This document shows, piece by piece, positions 1-12,183 of a stretch of 30,722 nucleotides of DNA (position 1 is the first letter of the stretch; each line of letters begins with the position of its first letter). Position numbers and translations under genes: made by a program. Origin of the DNA: Eledone cirrhosa (lineage: Eukaryota). The notes beneath the pieces were generated by a model that saw nothing but the letters and a program-made list of their open reading frames with translations, searched no databases and was not told where the DNA came from. The stretch is from assembly GCA_964016885.1 (NCBI GenBank), contig CAXHJY010000969.1, positions 1 through 30,722 of the forward strand, written 5' to 3'.

Positions 1-298
1 ATATATATATATAATATATATGTAATATATATATAATATATATATATAATATATATATATTATATATATATATAATATATATATATATATAATATATATA
101 TATATATAATATATATATAATATATATATATAATATATATATATAATATATATATAATATATATATATAATATATATATAATATATATATAATATATATA
201 TATAATATATAATATATATATAATATATATATATATAATATATATATATATATAATATATATATATAATATATATATATATAATATATATAATATAAT

Positions 299-332
<34 letters not shown>

Positions 333-1288
333 ATATATATATATAATATATATATATAATATATATATATAATATATATATAATATATATATAATATATA
401 TATATAATATATATATATAATATATATATATAATATATATATATAATATATATATAATATATATATATAATATATATATATAATATAATATATATAATAT
501 ATATATATAATATATATATAATATATATATAATATATATATATAATATATATATATAATATATATATATAATATATATATATAATATATATATATATATA
601 ATATATATATATAATATATATATATAATATATATATATATAATATATATATATAATATATATATATATAATATATATATATATAATATATATATATATAT
701 AATATATATATATAATATATATATATAATATATAATATATATATATAATATATAATATATATATATATATATAATATATATATATAATATATATATATAA
801 TATATATATATAATATATATATATATATATAATATATATATATAATATATATATATAATATATATATATAATATATATATATAATATATATATATAATAT
901 ATATATATAATATATATATATATAATATATATATATAATATATATATATAATATATATATATAATATATATATATAATATATATATATAATATATATATA
1001 TAATATATATATAATATATATATATATAATATATATATATAATATATATATAATATATATATATAATATATATATAATATATATATATATATAATATATA
1101 TATATAATATATATATATATAATATATATATATATAATATATATATATATAATATATATATATATAATATATATATATATAATATATATATATATAATAT
1201 ATATATATATAATATATATATATAATATATATATATATATAATATATATATATATATATAATATATATATATATATAATATATATATC

Positions 1289-1322
<34 letters not shown>

Positions 1323-1393
1323 AATATATATATATATATAATATATATATATATCTATATATAATATATATATATATCTATATATCTATATAT

Positions 1394-1459
<66 letters not shown>

Positions 1460-1475
1460 CTATATTATTATATAT
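1..1475. repeat. Interrupted (AT)n microsatellite array with an extra A (ATAAT) roughly every 9-15 bp
   Basis: Almost pure AT alternation with recurring AAT interruptions and a few C near the end; runs off the left edge. Confidence 0.97.
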
Positions 1476-1900
1476 GCTCAAAATCTATAATATATCTATA
1501 TACTTTAAGGTAATCTAGGTCCTCAGATACAGAGAGCCCCTATTGAGCAAACTAATTATCTACAATTAATGACTAAAATTCAATTTTCAGTGACTTTACT
1601 TCCTCTTTTTAGATTTGTAAAGTTTACCAACCATGGAATAATTTTGTCAGTAAAATCAGCAAAAATATAAAATAAAAGCAAATTGAGTAAAGAGTCTATA
1701 TAATAAATTGAGGAATAAAAGAAAATAGAAATAATAGCGGATGTATAGTTAACGTGAAGGGAATAAGTTTAGGTATATTTAAAGCATAATTAGATTAAAA
1801 CATTAAACGGAAAACTATAAATTTACTCGAAGATTATATTAAAATGGTAAAAAAAAAAAAAAAGTATTAGAGTTGAAGCCATGCAAATATGAAAAGACAT

Positions 1901-2152
1901 TTAACCTTTTAAATACTAACCCACCCAACTGTTAAGGTTACTACTACCAACCCACTTGAATGTCATGGTTACAGGATACAAAACCTTTATGATTTAAAGA
2001 GTTCCTATTTAAATTTAAACACTCCACCATAATTTTTGTTCCAAACACTATTTTAAAAATAAAAATGTTACATATGTTACTAAACTCCTCCTAATTATTG
2101 ATTATTTTCAAAATTAATTGAAACATAGACAATGTATTTAATTAGAAATATG
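1901..2152 (+). mobile_element. Degenerate piggyBac-like MITE, same family as 11416-11889, right TIR lost
   Basis: Starts TTAACCTTTTAAATACTAACCCACC, similar to TTGACCCTTTTGATACCAACCCACC at 11416; shares the internal TCCACCATAA and ATTTTCAAAA blocks. Confidence 0.55.
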
Positions 2153-3089
2153 TACTTTGAACACAATGATTTCATGAACAGAGTAACTAAATTCACAAAC
2201 CAAACCTCATTTGTATTTTACTGATTATAAATGCTGAAATATCAATGTTTCTTTGAAAGCAGGCATTTGGACAATTTTACATCCTGGTGAGAAATCTGAA
2301 AAATGGTACCCTACCTCCTTACTAAGCAATTACCATAAAAGATAAGTTTTTGTACAACAAAACACAGTAATATATGACAACAGAGATACTGATAAAAAAA
2401 ATACTTTACTTCTTTGTCACAGTGTTTAATTTAATTGCTTAATTCTTAATCTGTTGAGATAACCAAATCAGAGGAACTATTATTCATGCAATATTTACAC
2501 TGGAAAATTTAAATCACACAACTCATTTTCGAATGGATCTGGTATTGTTATAGTTCTATATAACACAAAATAAATTAAGTCTGATACAACAAAGATTCAC
2601 TTTAAAATGTTTTTATTGAATACCAGTCATTACATGTGTTTCACAGATGATTGGCTCGAGATCTATGAAACATGTAACGGTTGATATTCAATAAAAGCAA
2701 TTTAAAGTGAAATTTCATTGTATCAAACTTTATATGTATATATACATACATACACACACACACACACACACTGCTATAACATTGAGGGCTCACACTAGTA
2801 CCACCACCAGTAAACAACAAAATTACTGAATATATTATATAATACAAAATAAATATGTACTAGCAGAAGTCAACAGTATATATACACACCACTAACAACT
2901 AAGCATGCCATTCTGATATTTTCTAAAGATTGTCAATAAAAATTATAAAGAGAAAACATAAATCTGCTTGCTTATTAAAAAAATGGAAATGTATGGGTGT
3001 ATGTATGTGTGTGTGTGTGTGTGTATACACTCTTTGGTGTGAATCTGTAACACAGACCTTAAGTTACTCCTTTACACAGGAAAAGCAGC

Positions 3090-3240
3090 AAACTGGCAGA
3101 GGTGTTAAAACATCAGGTGGAATGCTTTGCAGTATTCTTTCAAACTCTGTGCTCTGAGTTCAAACCCCACTAAAGCCAACTTTGCCTTTCATCATTTTGA
3201 GGTAGATAAAAAAAAGAAGTACCAGACCAGTACTGGGCTG
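3090..3240 (+). mobile_element. tRNA-type SINE, family A (same as 22346-22523), diverged
   Basis: TGGCAGA head, B-box-like GAGTTCAAACCCC, then ACTTTGCCTTTCATC...GATAAA...AAGTACCAG...GTACTG matching the 22.4 kb copy. Confidence 0.75.
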
Positions 3241-3699
3241 AATTTTTCCTCTATATCTCTTTCTCACTTCCTCTCTCACCCTTTATGAAAGAAATCAGTT
3301 GTGTTCAAACACTATGTCACTACAATATCCCTATGACTCCAACAGGAGTTACAAGCACATAAGTATGTAACATCCCTCTAGAGACCTTAGACAAGTGCTA
3401 ACACCCTCTTTTACTTCCTCTGTCAAAGCTATGGTGAAATCAAGTCTGATGGAACAGGGTGACATATCTTCAACTGATATGTCTAACTTAATAGTTGCTA
3501 ACAGTTTGCAATTTCTAATTATCTCAATGGATGTGTGCGTATGGATATATATGGGTGCTTGTTTGCATGGGTGCACATATATACACGTGTGTGTGTGTGC
3601 GTGCATGTATGGGGCAGCAACTTCATGCTGAACAAAACCAGGTATAGTCATCCACACCAAGGATAAAGAGAACTCTTCTGTTGAGTTAATGACTGATAA

Positions 3700-4133
3700 T
3701 CTCTTAGTGCTGGTGCCATGAAAAATACACCCAGTACACCCTGTAAGGTTGTCAGTAACAGGAAGAACATCATGTTGCTGAAACCATATCAAAAAAGGGT
3801 TGAGAGGACTCTTCAATTGTGCCAAAGACATGACAATCTCCCTAGTGTTGCTGATTTACATGATATATGCACCCAGTACACTCTGTAAAACAAAGGGTCA
3901 GGAGGACTCTTCACAAGGGCATGGCAACTTCCCTAATGCTGGTGACACAATAAAATGCACTCAGTGCACTCTGGGGAGAGCAAAAACTGGAAAATATGTG
4001 AGATCTAACCCCCTAGTAGATCTGAGAGGTCAGTAACACCAATTAAGTACTAATTTGACCATGATGACCCATCCAACCCTAGCTAGCAGGGAAAACAGAT
4101 GTTAAATGATGATGATGATGATGGTGGTGATGA
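3700..4133 (+). mobile_element. RTE 3'-UTR-derived retroposon fragment with (GAT)n tail
   Basis: Repeated CACCCAGTACAC(T/C)CTGTAA blocks; ends GCTAGCAGGGAAAACAGATGTTAAATGATGATGATG, like the LINE tail at 15500-15547. Confidence 0.7.
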
Positions 4134-4947
4134 TTTTATGTGTGTGTAGTATCAACAATATTAACTTCAATAAGTTGTTTAACAAAAAAGAATTAAAACT
4201 TTCTAAAAAAAATTAAACCCTATAAACTACACACAAGCAATATACAAAATAAAACATTTTTATTTTTTTTTAAATCAACATGCAAATATCTGAAAATAGC
4301 ATTTAATAATAAAAGTGAAGATTGTAAAGAAAAGCATCCAGCAAGTAGTTAAGGAGAAGGTCTTATGATTGTTTAAACAATATTATTATTATTGCACAGC
4401 AAAAAAACAACATGCAAATAGGTAAAACAGATATAAAGAAACAAAAAAAAAAGTAATAATAAGTAATAGTAAGGTTTTTCTTGATTTCTTAAAACAGGGT
4501 TTTACAATCACTACAGCAGAAATTTTGCTACAGAATTGTAACAATATGAATTGCAGGAAAATTAACCATTAGCTTTGTTTAACTCTTAACATGCTGTACC
4601 ACATGAACCTGCATTAACAAAATATTCTTGAAAAGTACAAAGCAGTATTACGATTAAAAATTAAAGTCTTTACAACGATCTATACACTAGTAACTATAAA
4701 CCTGTTTATAATATTTTCTGCTAAATCATTGCAGGATATTATAAATTAAGATTAAAGTTCGTTTTTGTTAAATTAATGACTTTTTTTTCCTTTTGACAAT
4801 TATTCAAAAGATTCAAACATCCTAAAATAAATGATAGTTTTCATACATTAAGAATTTAATAAAAAAAAAAAGCATAAATTAAAATTCTACCAACTAGCAT
4901 TAGCAGAAAAAAAATTGAAAAGAATGAAAATGAAAATGAAAATTATA

Positions 4948-5008
4948 AAAAAGTAAACTGTATATAACTTATAATAAAAAAAAGTAACTGTATATAACTT
5001 ATAATAAA
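4948..5008. repeat. Tandem duplication, about 30 bp x2
   Basis: AAAGTA(A)ACTGTATATAACTTATAATAAA occurs twice in tandem. Confidence 0.9.
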
Positions 5009-5130
5009 TGTTAGGCGAGTTCCATAATGCATGGGGTCATATGATTACCATTTTGCAGATTATCCTCATCAGCTCTATTTATAGCAAGTCAACTTAGTGA
5101 ATGTGTTGTTTTTCAGGCTATATATATATA

Positions 5131-5335
5131 TGAAAGGATATATCTTCAGCACTTTGAGGCCTCCATATTTTTCATGCTAAACATATAAGAGGACCTATCT
5201 TCAGCACTCTGGGGCCTCCATATATTTCATGCTAAACATGTGAAAGGTTATATCTTCAGCACTTTGGGGCCTATATATTTTGTGTTAAACATATGAAAAA
5301 TATATCTTCAATACTCTGGAGCTTCCATATATTTC
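5131..5335. repeat. Minisatellite, about 55-bp unit x ~3.8, with ABAB structure
   Basis: TATCTTCA recurs at 5141, 5196, 5251 and 5303; units 1 and 3 share TGAAAGG/CACTTTG, units 2 and 4 share ACTCTGG/TCCATATATTTC. Confidence 0.92.
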
Positions 5336-5349
5336 TTGAGACAAATACA

Positions 5350-5560
5350 TCTGCACCTGGAAAGTTCCTCTCCAAGTTGCAGGCTTAGGGAATTTGTTTT
5401 TGTTGTTGTTTTTTTGTGTGTGTGTGAGTGGCAAACCAGCTGTTGGCTAAGTACGCAAGTCTCTCCTTACTATACCACTAATGGTGTCCAAGTGAAAGAC
5501 AAAGGCCCACACAGCTTGATGCCAGTATTGTTACAGACAAAGTTAAAACACAAGGGGCTC
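5350..5560 (-). mobile_element. Diverged retroposon fragment related to 6411-6560
   Basis: TGCACCTGGAAAGTT, CAGCTGTTG and CCACTAATGGTGTCCAA align with TGCACCTAGAAAGTT, CAGCTGTTG and CCACCAATGTTGTCCAA at 6447-6560. Confidence 0.6.
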
Positions 5561-5619
5561 AGAGAAATCAGGCAATACATCATATCAGAAGCTCTAACAC
5601 TTGTAGGAATCCACGCCCT

Positions 5620-5745
5620 AAACTATTTATCAACCACAAAATAATGTAAGACGAAGTTGATCTTCATAGGATTTGAACTCAAAACACAAAGCCAGAACAG
5701 ATACTGCAAGACATTTAATGCAATGATTGTCAAGGACTTGCTGAT
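5620..5745 (-). mobile_element. SINE family A fragment
   Basis: TTTATCAACC...AAGTTGA...GGATTTGAACTCA is the reverse complement of the family A core. Confidence 0.6.
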
Positions 5746-6410
5746 TATTCAGTGTTATCACTACTAACAATATATCTTGTACCTAACCATGATACCTATT
5801 TATAACTAAGTGGAATAGGTTAGAAATAGTTACATTGGCGAAGGGATATAAATTGCTAATTTTTCTGGCAGTAAGCTAACATCTGTAAAATGTATGTTAT
5901 ATTAAATACAATTTAGTTTAAGACTGCCTATGTTTAATTTTCTATATAAAATTTATTTTAGTTCAAACAGTTTGAAAGCCAAATGTTATTTGTAGCATTA
6001 ATATTTTAACAGCAATGCATAAATTGTTAGTGAAAGCAGTCTTGAATATTCAGTTAGGCTTCATAAATAAACAATATTTAACACAATAATAGTTCAATCT
6101 AATCATTTGAAGAAACTGGTGTTTTCAGCATCAACAGATCCCTCATAAAATATCAGTTTTCTTCTATCTATGTTCTATACCAGCATGAATTGCTATAACA
6201 GGTTATACATCTAGATGCCCTTCAAATAGAGACCGAGTCAATATAATAATGTTTAATTTTTTATATAAATTTCTACTCCAACACCAATTAGATGTTTAAT
6301 GATTTGTTTACCTTCGAATATATGTATATAATTAAGTATTTCACTGTATACAAGTATGTTAATGCTTCTGAAATCAAATCTTTTTTTTTAGAACAAAATT
6401 GTAAAAAACT

Positions 6411-6695
6411 TTAAAGATCCCTTTCGGTCGTGAATAACCATGGATTTGCACCTAGAAAGTTATTCTCCTAGGCACAAGCCCAGGCAAGGTGATTTGAGGA
6501 AGATCAGCTGTTGCCCATGTATATTAGTCTCCCCACTCCATGCCACCAATGTTGTCCAATATTTTTTTCCCATCTGAGTAGACTGGAGCATCATAAAATG
6601 AAGTATCTTGATCAAAGATATGTGCTGCCCAGTCCAGGAATCGGACTCACAACTTTATAATCATGCGCCAAATACCCTAACCTCTAAGCCACACT
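6411..6695 (-). mobile_element. tRNA-type SINE, family C head plus 3' body
   Basis: CTGAGTAGACTGGAGCA...TCTTGATCAA...CCAGTCCAGGAATCGGACTCACAAC...CTAACCTCTAAGCCAC matches the minus-strand SINE head at 15760-15890. Confidence 0.7.
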
Positions 6696-6779
6696 ATTTC
6701 CCAAAAGTCTAACTTCTACAAAAGTATGAATTGTTTTAATGTATCTTTAAATATTTCTTTTATTTATAATAATCAAATA

Positions 6780-6867
6780 AAATTTGTTAGAAATAGTACA
6801 TCACTGTAAGCTCACAACAATAAATTTGTTAGGAACAGTACATCACTAAGCTCATAACAATAAATTT
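6780..6867. repeat. Tandem duplication, about 41 bp x2
   Basis: AAATTTGTTAG(A/G)AA(T/C)AGTACATCACT(GT)AAGCTCA(C/T)AACAAT occurs twice. Confidence 0.88.
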
Positions 6868-7801
6868 CCCAATTAAATCTACAATGAATGAAATTATTTT
6901 TGAAATGCATAAGTAAAAAAAAATCCAATAAAATATAACAAACAATTCTCTACAATTTGAAAAATAAAAATACCCAAACTATAAATAGCAACAGGCCGAA
7001 GAAAAAAAAACAACAGCTGAACATCTATGGAGTATTAGTAAAAAAAAAAAAGATTTATAAAAAAATTGTAAAAAGCAAAATAATTTTTAAAAGCCTTTAA
7101 AGGGAAAAAAATGATGAAAACAACTTGAATGAGGAGAATCCATCAATAGAAATATCTATAAAGATTTTTGATTCGAGAAACAATGATAAGAGCCTTTCTC
7201 AAAAGAGAATTATGAGAAAACCAGATTGAAATAAAAAGTGTTTTAGAAGAATAAGAATTGACAGTTATGTATATTAGTTAGCAAGTTGGTTTAAAGTGAG
7301 CAGGTTTTAGTGGGAAGGAAGTAGTAAAACTTTGATTATCCTCATTTACAGAAGTAATCATTTAATCGCCCTTGTGATTGATAATAGAACATACTCAACG
7401 CTACACTTTACTCTAACTGCAGCTGCACTCCTCTAGATTCTTTAGCTAAACAATTACTTCTTTATTGACATCCATCTAACAACTTAATGATCTTAATGTT
7501 TAGTTCTATTACACACAAATTGGTCATTTTCAAATATTACATTTCTATTCATCATCCTGATTGCTAGGATTACTTATAATGCATTTAATTAAAATTTTGC
7601 TTTCATTAAATACATTATATTGCTTTTTTTTATTGGGGTTTTTTTCCCCCTTAAAATTCTGGAACTCAAATTATAGATCATCATTTGGACAGATAGAAAC
7701 CAAAATGCAAATATATCTTTATTCTAAAGAAAAATAAACTAAATCTTTAAAATACATATTCATGCCCATACACACACACACATATATATATATTTTTTTT
7801 T

Positions 7802-8033
7802 ATTACATAATAAACAATACAATCTAATTATTCCATTGCCAAAGGTTTCAGGAAACTAGACGATCTTAACAGAAACGTCCAGCACACTCATCAGATGAAA
7901 TATTTATGTTGAGCATGCTGAATGTTTCCTGAAACCTTTGGTAATGGAATAATTATATTGTGTTGTTTATTATGTAATTAAATAGCTCTGTACTATACAT
8001 AGAGCACTCTTTTTACCTTTTCTACGGAAATAC
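7802..8033. mobile_element. Penelope-like terminal remnant: inverted arms (7802-7856 / 7924-7978) plus conserved 3' extension
   Basis: The 55-bp arms are reverse complements with 3 mismatches. The extension AGCTCTGTA..TACATAGAGCACTC..TTTACCTTT..CGGAAATAC recurs at 16852-16905. The arms carry hammerhead sequence. Confidence 0.65.
7829..7902 (-). ncRNA. Type I hammerhead ribozyme motif with the triplet mutated to GCA
   Basis: Minus strand: TATTTCAT-CTGATGA-[GCTGGACG/CGTCTAGT helix II]-GAAA-CC-TTT-GG-CA-ATGGAATA. The opposite arm keeps GGTA. Confidence 0.65.
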
Positions 8034-8192
8034 GTAACATATGTGTGTGTGTGTAGAAAATAGTGTTTTGTTTGAAGGCTACCACAGTGTGGATTGGATG
8101 GTAAATGTTAAAAATATGATGATAACAATGATGCTGGGGTGTCACCTTGCAGTTCTTTATAGTTCTTTTTGAAATTTCAAAAAAGTGACAAC

Positions 8193-8410
8193 TTAAACCT
8201 TTAGCATTTAAACCAGCCGTATCCGGCCAGAATTCTCTCACCTCTTTCTGTTCAAACTGGCCATAACCGACTGCCTAAACTTATGTTAAGATAAAATAAA
8301 TAATTCCAAAATCTCGTAGATTCGATATTATGAGATAATTATGTGAAATAAAGTGTTTACCGTGAAAATATAATGGTACATATAGAGTAATGTAAATGCT
8401 AAAGGGTTAA
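8193..8410. mobile_element. piggyBac-like MITE (218 bp including flanking TTAA)
   Basis: TTAA-ACCTTTAGCATTTA ... TAAATGCTAAAGGG-TTAA: 14-bp TIR with one mismatch, TTAA on both sides, GGG terminus, no ORF. Confidence 0.85.
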
Positions 8411-10011
8411 GGGTGATAAAAAATATACAACTCCGAGCAAGCTATTAATCTTTTAATGAACTAATTTTATTCTGAAATATAAGGACCTATAAAGAACTAC
8501 AAGATAACATCTCAACATCAGTTATATATTTTAAACATTTACCATCCAATTCACATTGTGGTAGCCTTCAAATAAACATTATTTTACATACACACACGTG
8601 CATGTGAATGAGAGCATTAAACTGAGGATATTCACAAGATAAAGACAAAGGACTAATTCGGTAAATAATTTAGATAATTAAAGTAAATTCGAAATCTAGA
8701 AAGAAATAACAAAAAGAGAGAAAGAGAAGTAGCAGCTCAGTTTGAATAATAGATTAAAAAGAAGAGAAGATATCTGTTAAAAAGCAAATATCCTAGTATA
8801 GTTTCCAGGCTAAGGGCTAAGAAGAGGAAATGGTTCATTATAAGGTTGTGATAATGAAGTGCAAATCACAGACGATGAGGTCAGGAGGAAAAGGGTCTTA
8901 CTTTATGCCCTTCATGTTGCTGCAATGACGTCAAAGATACTCCCCAAATTTTTCTGTCATTGTATCTCTGTGCATTCTATAAGGAAAACAGAAAAAACTG
9001 AAGTTTGGAAAAGGCATTATTTTTCAATTCAGATGATTCAAATTAGAAAATAAATCAACGAAATTTAACCAATGTTATCTTGAATCGAAACTTTGGGATT
9101 TTTATATGCTGCTGCTTCTTCATATATATATATGTGTGTGTGTGTGTGTGTATGTGTTTAGGTGGATAAGAGTTTTTTAAAATAGTCATAAGTATACCAT
9201 TATTATACCATGAAGGATAAAAATAAAATTGAACATCTTAAAATCAAGAGAAATATTGACACAGAATTAATTGTTAAGAAACAAAGAAACATTTTATCCA
9301 TACTACAGTTGAGCAAGATATATCTACTTAATGGATAGTTAAATAAGGTGGTGGTAAGCCCTATTAAGTCAAAATTGTTCCCTGAAGGCTTCATCTTTCA
9401 TGTAGTTTGTCTAGCACAAATAAAATTGATAGATTGTATCCTTCATCACCATAGAGGAAGTTAGACTCAACACCTCAAGCTGTAATGAAGCACTTGTCAA
9501 ATTATGCAATACAACTGTCAAATTTTAATCAAATTATATGACGTTTGTAATAAAAACAAGAAAAAGAGAAAAAATTATGTAATCAAAGAGAAAGTGGAAA
9601 GGGAGTGGCAGACTCTACAACTCTGTCTAGGCAGTATAACTCAGCTGCACCCTATAGATAAAATAGCAAAGAACAGCCAGCAACACCCACTGCATCAGCT
9701 ACCCCCTCCTAATTTTGCAGATGAAAAACGGCAGTCTGGGAACCAAGGACACCAGATGTCTAGACGGTTAAGCCCCAGTACCTTGAGTTACTTCTCACTT
9801 GCTCAATCCATCTCTCTATAAATAGGTACCATGGTATGGTTACAGTGGACTGAAACATTGAAAAGCCAGTATTTCTGCTAAAAGCCAAGACACAAACCAC
9901 TGATACTTTCACTAAGGTTTTTAGGTGAACATGTAGTGGTGAGTATACACATACACACTCTTTAACCTCCCTTTCTTAGCAGAACATCCAACTGCAAGTA
10001 TTTTCAAAGCT

Positions 10012-10125
10012 GCACCAGCACTGAGCTGGTATTTTCTTTATCGACTCCGAAAGGATGAAAAAGTAAATGGACGATAGTGGACTTTAAAATGAGAGTGTGG
10101 AGAGCAGGAACAAATATCTAATGCT
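10012..10125 (-). mobile_element. SINE family A fragment
   Basis: CTGGTATTTTCTTTATCGACTCCGAAAGGATGAAA is the reverse complement of TTTCATCCTT..GGGGTCGATAAA..TACCAG. Confidence 0.7.
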
Positions 10126-10844
10126 CTCATCACTCAACCAAATTTATACATGAATTTTATAAAGTTCATACCTAACAGTACATTTTAATTAACTTCTTTG
10201 ATTCAGTTAATTATGAAAAGAAAATTAATCCATCTGAGAACTGGTTTTAAAATATTCAAATGAATTAAACTGAAATTACACAAATTTATCACAAGAAATT
10301 TAGCTCTATAAATTATCATAAAATATATGTTTTGTTTAAGAAAAAAATTAAAATGTAAAATTTAGATAAAAGGATATAATTACAAGAAATAAGATAAATA
10401 TTTCATTTGACAAAGCACAAGGTCAATTTTTGAAATGGCATCTGTACAGATAGTTAAAAGTACATATTACTTTATTTTATCAACTTGAGGAGTTAAACTC
10501 TGAACAATGGTGTAATTAACTGTCACAAAGCATCAATTCTGATGTTCTAATACCACAACAATAATATTTCTCATATTGACAGACGGCAATAAATTTGTGG
10601 GGTTAGGTTTATACTCAAGTTTAGTACGTTACTGGTTCTTAAGAGCCCTAAAAATATGTGAAGCAAATTTTTTGGTTGTTGTCTCAGATTTGTGTGTACA
10701 GCAACAGAACTTCTTTATATAAATGAGTAGTAATTGAGAGAGAGAAGTTCACTTCAACTTTATAGGGAGTCAGCAACTGATCAGGATTTAAATGTCTTCT
10801 GGACCTAAAGAGGAAACCTAATCTCTGGGTTGCAGTTAAAGCAT

Positions 10845-10950
10845 TATCATCCTTTTTACATTCATATTTCCATGTTAGTATAGGTTGAACAAGACCTTTT
10901 GTGACAGGCTTCTACAGCTGGATACTCCACTTGATGTTAATCCTCACTTT
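10845..10950 (-). mobile_element. RTE-type 3' tail fragment
   Basis: CATC..TTTAC..TTTCCATGTTAG...TTCTACAGCTGGAT resembles 15550-15650. Confidence 0.55.
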
Positions 10951-11109
10951 TTTCTCTTTTACTTGCAGTTAGACATCTTCGCATGTCTAACTGCTGAGCT
11001 GCAGGACTTCTGTTTATGACAGATATAAACAAATGCAAATGCTTGCACTAGTGATATAAAATGCAAAGCAAAGACACAAACACACACACAAACAAACAAA
11101 TATATATAC

Positions 11110-11270
11110 AACAGGCTTCTATACAGTTTCTGTCTACCAAATTCACTCAAAAGGCATTAATGAGTCCAAAGCAATAGTATAAAACACTTGCTCAAAGTGC
11201 CACACAGTGCAATACAATCGAAAACCACATGGTTGCAATGCAAACTTCTTAAGCACACAGCCATAACTGC
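11110..11270 (-). mobile_element. tRNA-type SINE, separate family, diverged
   Basis: CAGTTTCTGTCTACCAAATTCACTCA...ACACTTGCTCAAAGTGCCAC...CCACATGGTTG...CACACAGCCA next to a CA-rich tail. Recognised from memory as an octopus-type SINE; no second copy here. Confidence 0.55.
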
Positions 11271-11415
11271 ACTGCAGCAATGTTATATATTTGAGGTAGC
11301 CATGAGAAATTTCACAGATTGTGATACTAACATGTGTAGCAATCATTCAGTGAAGGGTTGGTGTAGATATCATAGTGATTGTACTGTTGAAAGATATTTC
11401 ATTGCTGTGTCTTTA

Positions 11416-11889
11416 TTGACCCTTTTGATACCAACCCACCAGAAATCACCATGGTCTTATACAAAAATGCAGATTTTAAAATGTTTATACTTAAATCCAT
11501 CCACCATAACTTTCTTTAAAATATTTTTGTTGAGTAATCTTCCATGTGAAGGTGCATGGCCTAGTGGTTAGGGTGTTGGACTTATGATCATAATGTGATG
11601 GGTTCAATTCTGCTCCAGTTCACTCAGCTGAAAATGAGTACCAACATTAACTGGGAATTAACCCTGCAATGGACTGGCATCCTGTCTGGGAGGTGGGATC
11701 TTGTCGCTTAATGCCAAGGAAACTGTGGTAAGCACCAGCCTGATGAACCTCCAAGCTTGAAACAGATTAACTTTCAAATGTTCCAATCATCAGTTTACTA
11801 ATAAAAAGTTATTTTATTAAATTATTCAAAAATATTTTCAAAAATTATTGAAGCACATTTCATTTTAAAAATGGTAACAAAAGTGTTAA
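11416..11889. mobile_element. piggyBac-like MITE interrupted by a SINE
   Basis: TTGA-CCCTTTTGATACC ... GGTAACAAAAGTG-TTAA are inverted termini with few mismatches; homologous to 1901-2152. Confidence 0.7.
11548..11767 (+). mobile_element. tRNA-type SINE, family C head, nested in the MITE
   Basis: A-box-like TGGCCTAGTGG and B-box-like GGTTCAATTC, then TGCTCCAGTTCACTCAGCTG; TAACTTTC occurs at both 11507-11514 and 11768-11775. Confidence 0.78.
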
Positions 11890-12183
11890 AAGATATTTTC
11901 AGTAGCCTAAATGACAATATCTGAAACTCTCGCACATCGTTCCATCACTAGTATTCTAATTGCTATATAGTCCAAATAGTCCTATATATATATGGAGGCA
12001 CATGGCTTACTAATTTTGAATGTGTGATATCAAATCTTTGAATTTAAACTTTTAAAATGTGTTGCTAACAATGTCAAATGAATTCAACCAATTCTACCCT
12101 CTACATAAGAACCAGATTAATATTAGTATTAATTTACATATGTTTCTTATATATATTTTTTTATTTTTACGCGAAACAGCAGT

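Noticed and set aside
1505-1660. Minus-strand CTGACAA...GAAAATTGAATT motif with a downstream GCTCT
   Set aside because: Possibly an old Penelope-like end, but the core is mutated and the helices do not close.
5000-5072. Minus-strand CTGATGA...GGAACTCGCC hammerhead-like motif
   Set aside because: GAAA and the triplet are both altered, and helix I is mismatched next to the core.
5131-5335. CRISPR-like array
   Set aside because: The whole unit repeats with no unique spacers, and the context is eukaryotic.
7000-7260. Possible GIY-YIG remnant (AEHLWSI)
   Set aside because: Only a few residues in A-rich sequence with stops; needs a profile search.
7389-7445. Minus-strand AG...GTATGT candidate exon
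   Set aside because: Stop codons in all three frames.
9600-9920. Higher-GC island, possibly an old SINE or an exon
   Set aside because: Too diverged to assign, and the 105-aa ORF has no recognisable motif.
2641-11571. Short ORFs as host-gene exons
   Set aside because: They overlap SINEs or microsatellites, show no recognisable domain and have no consistent splice pattern.
11548-11612. tRNA gene
   Set aside because: A and B boxes are present, but there is no complete cloverleaf and it continues into a SINE body.
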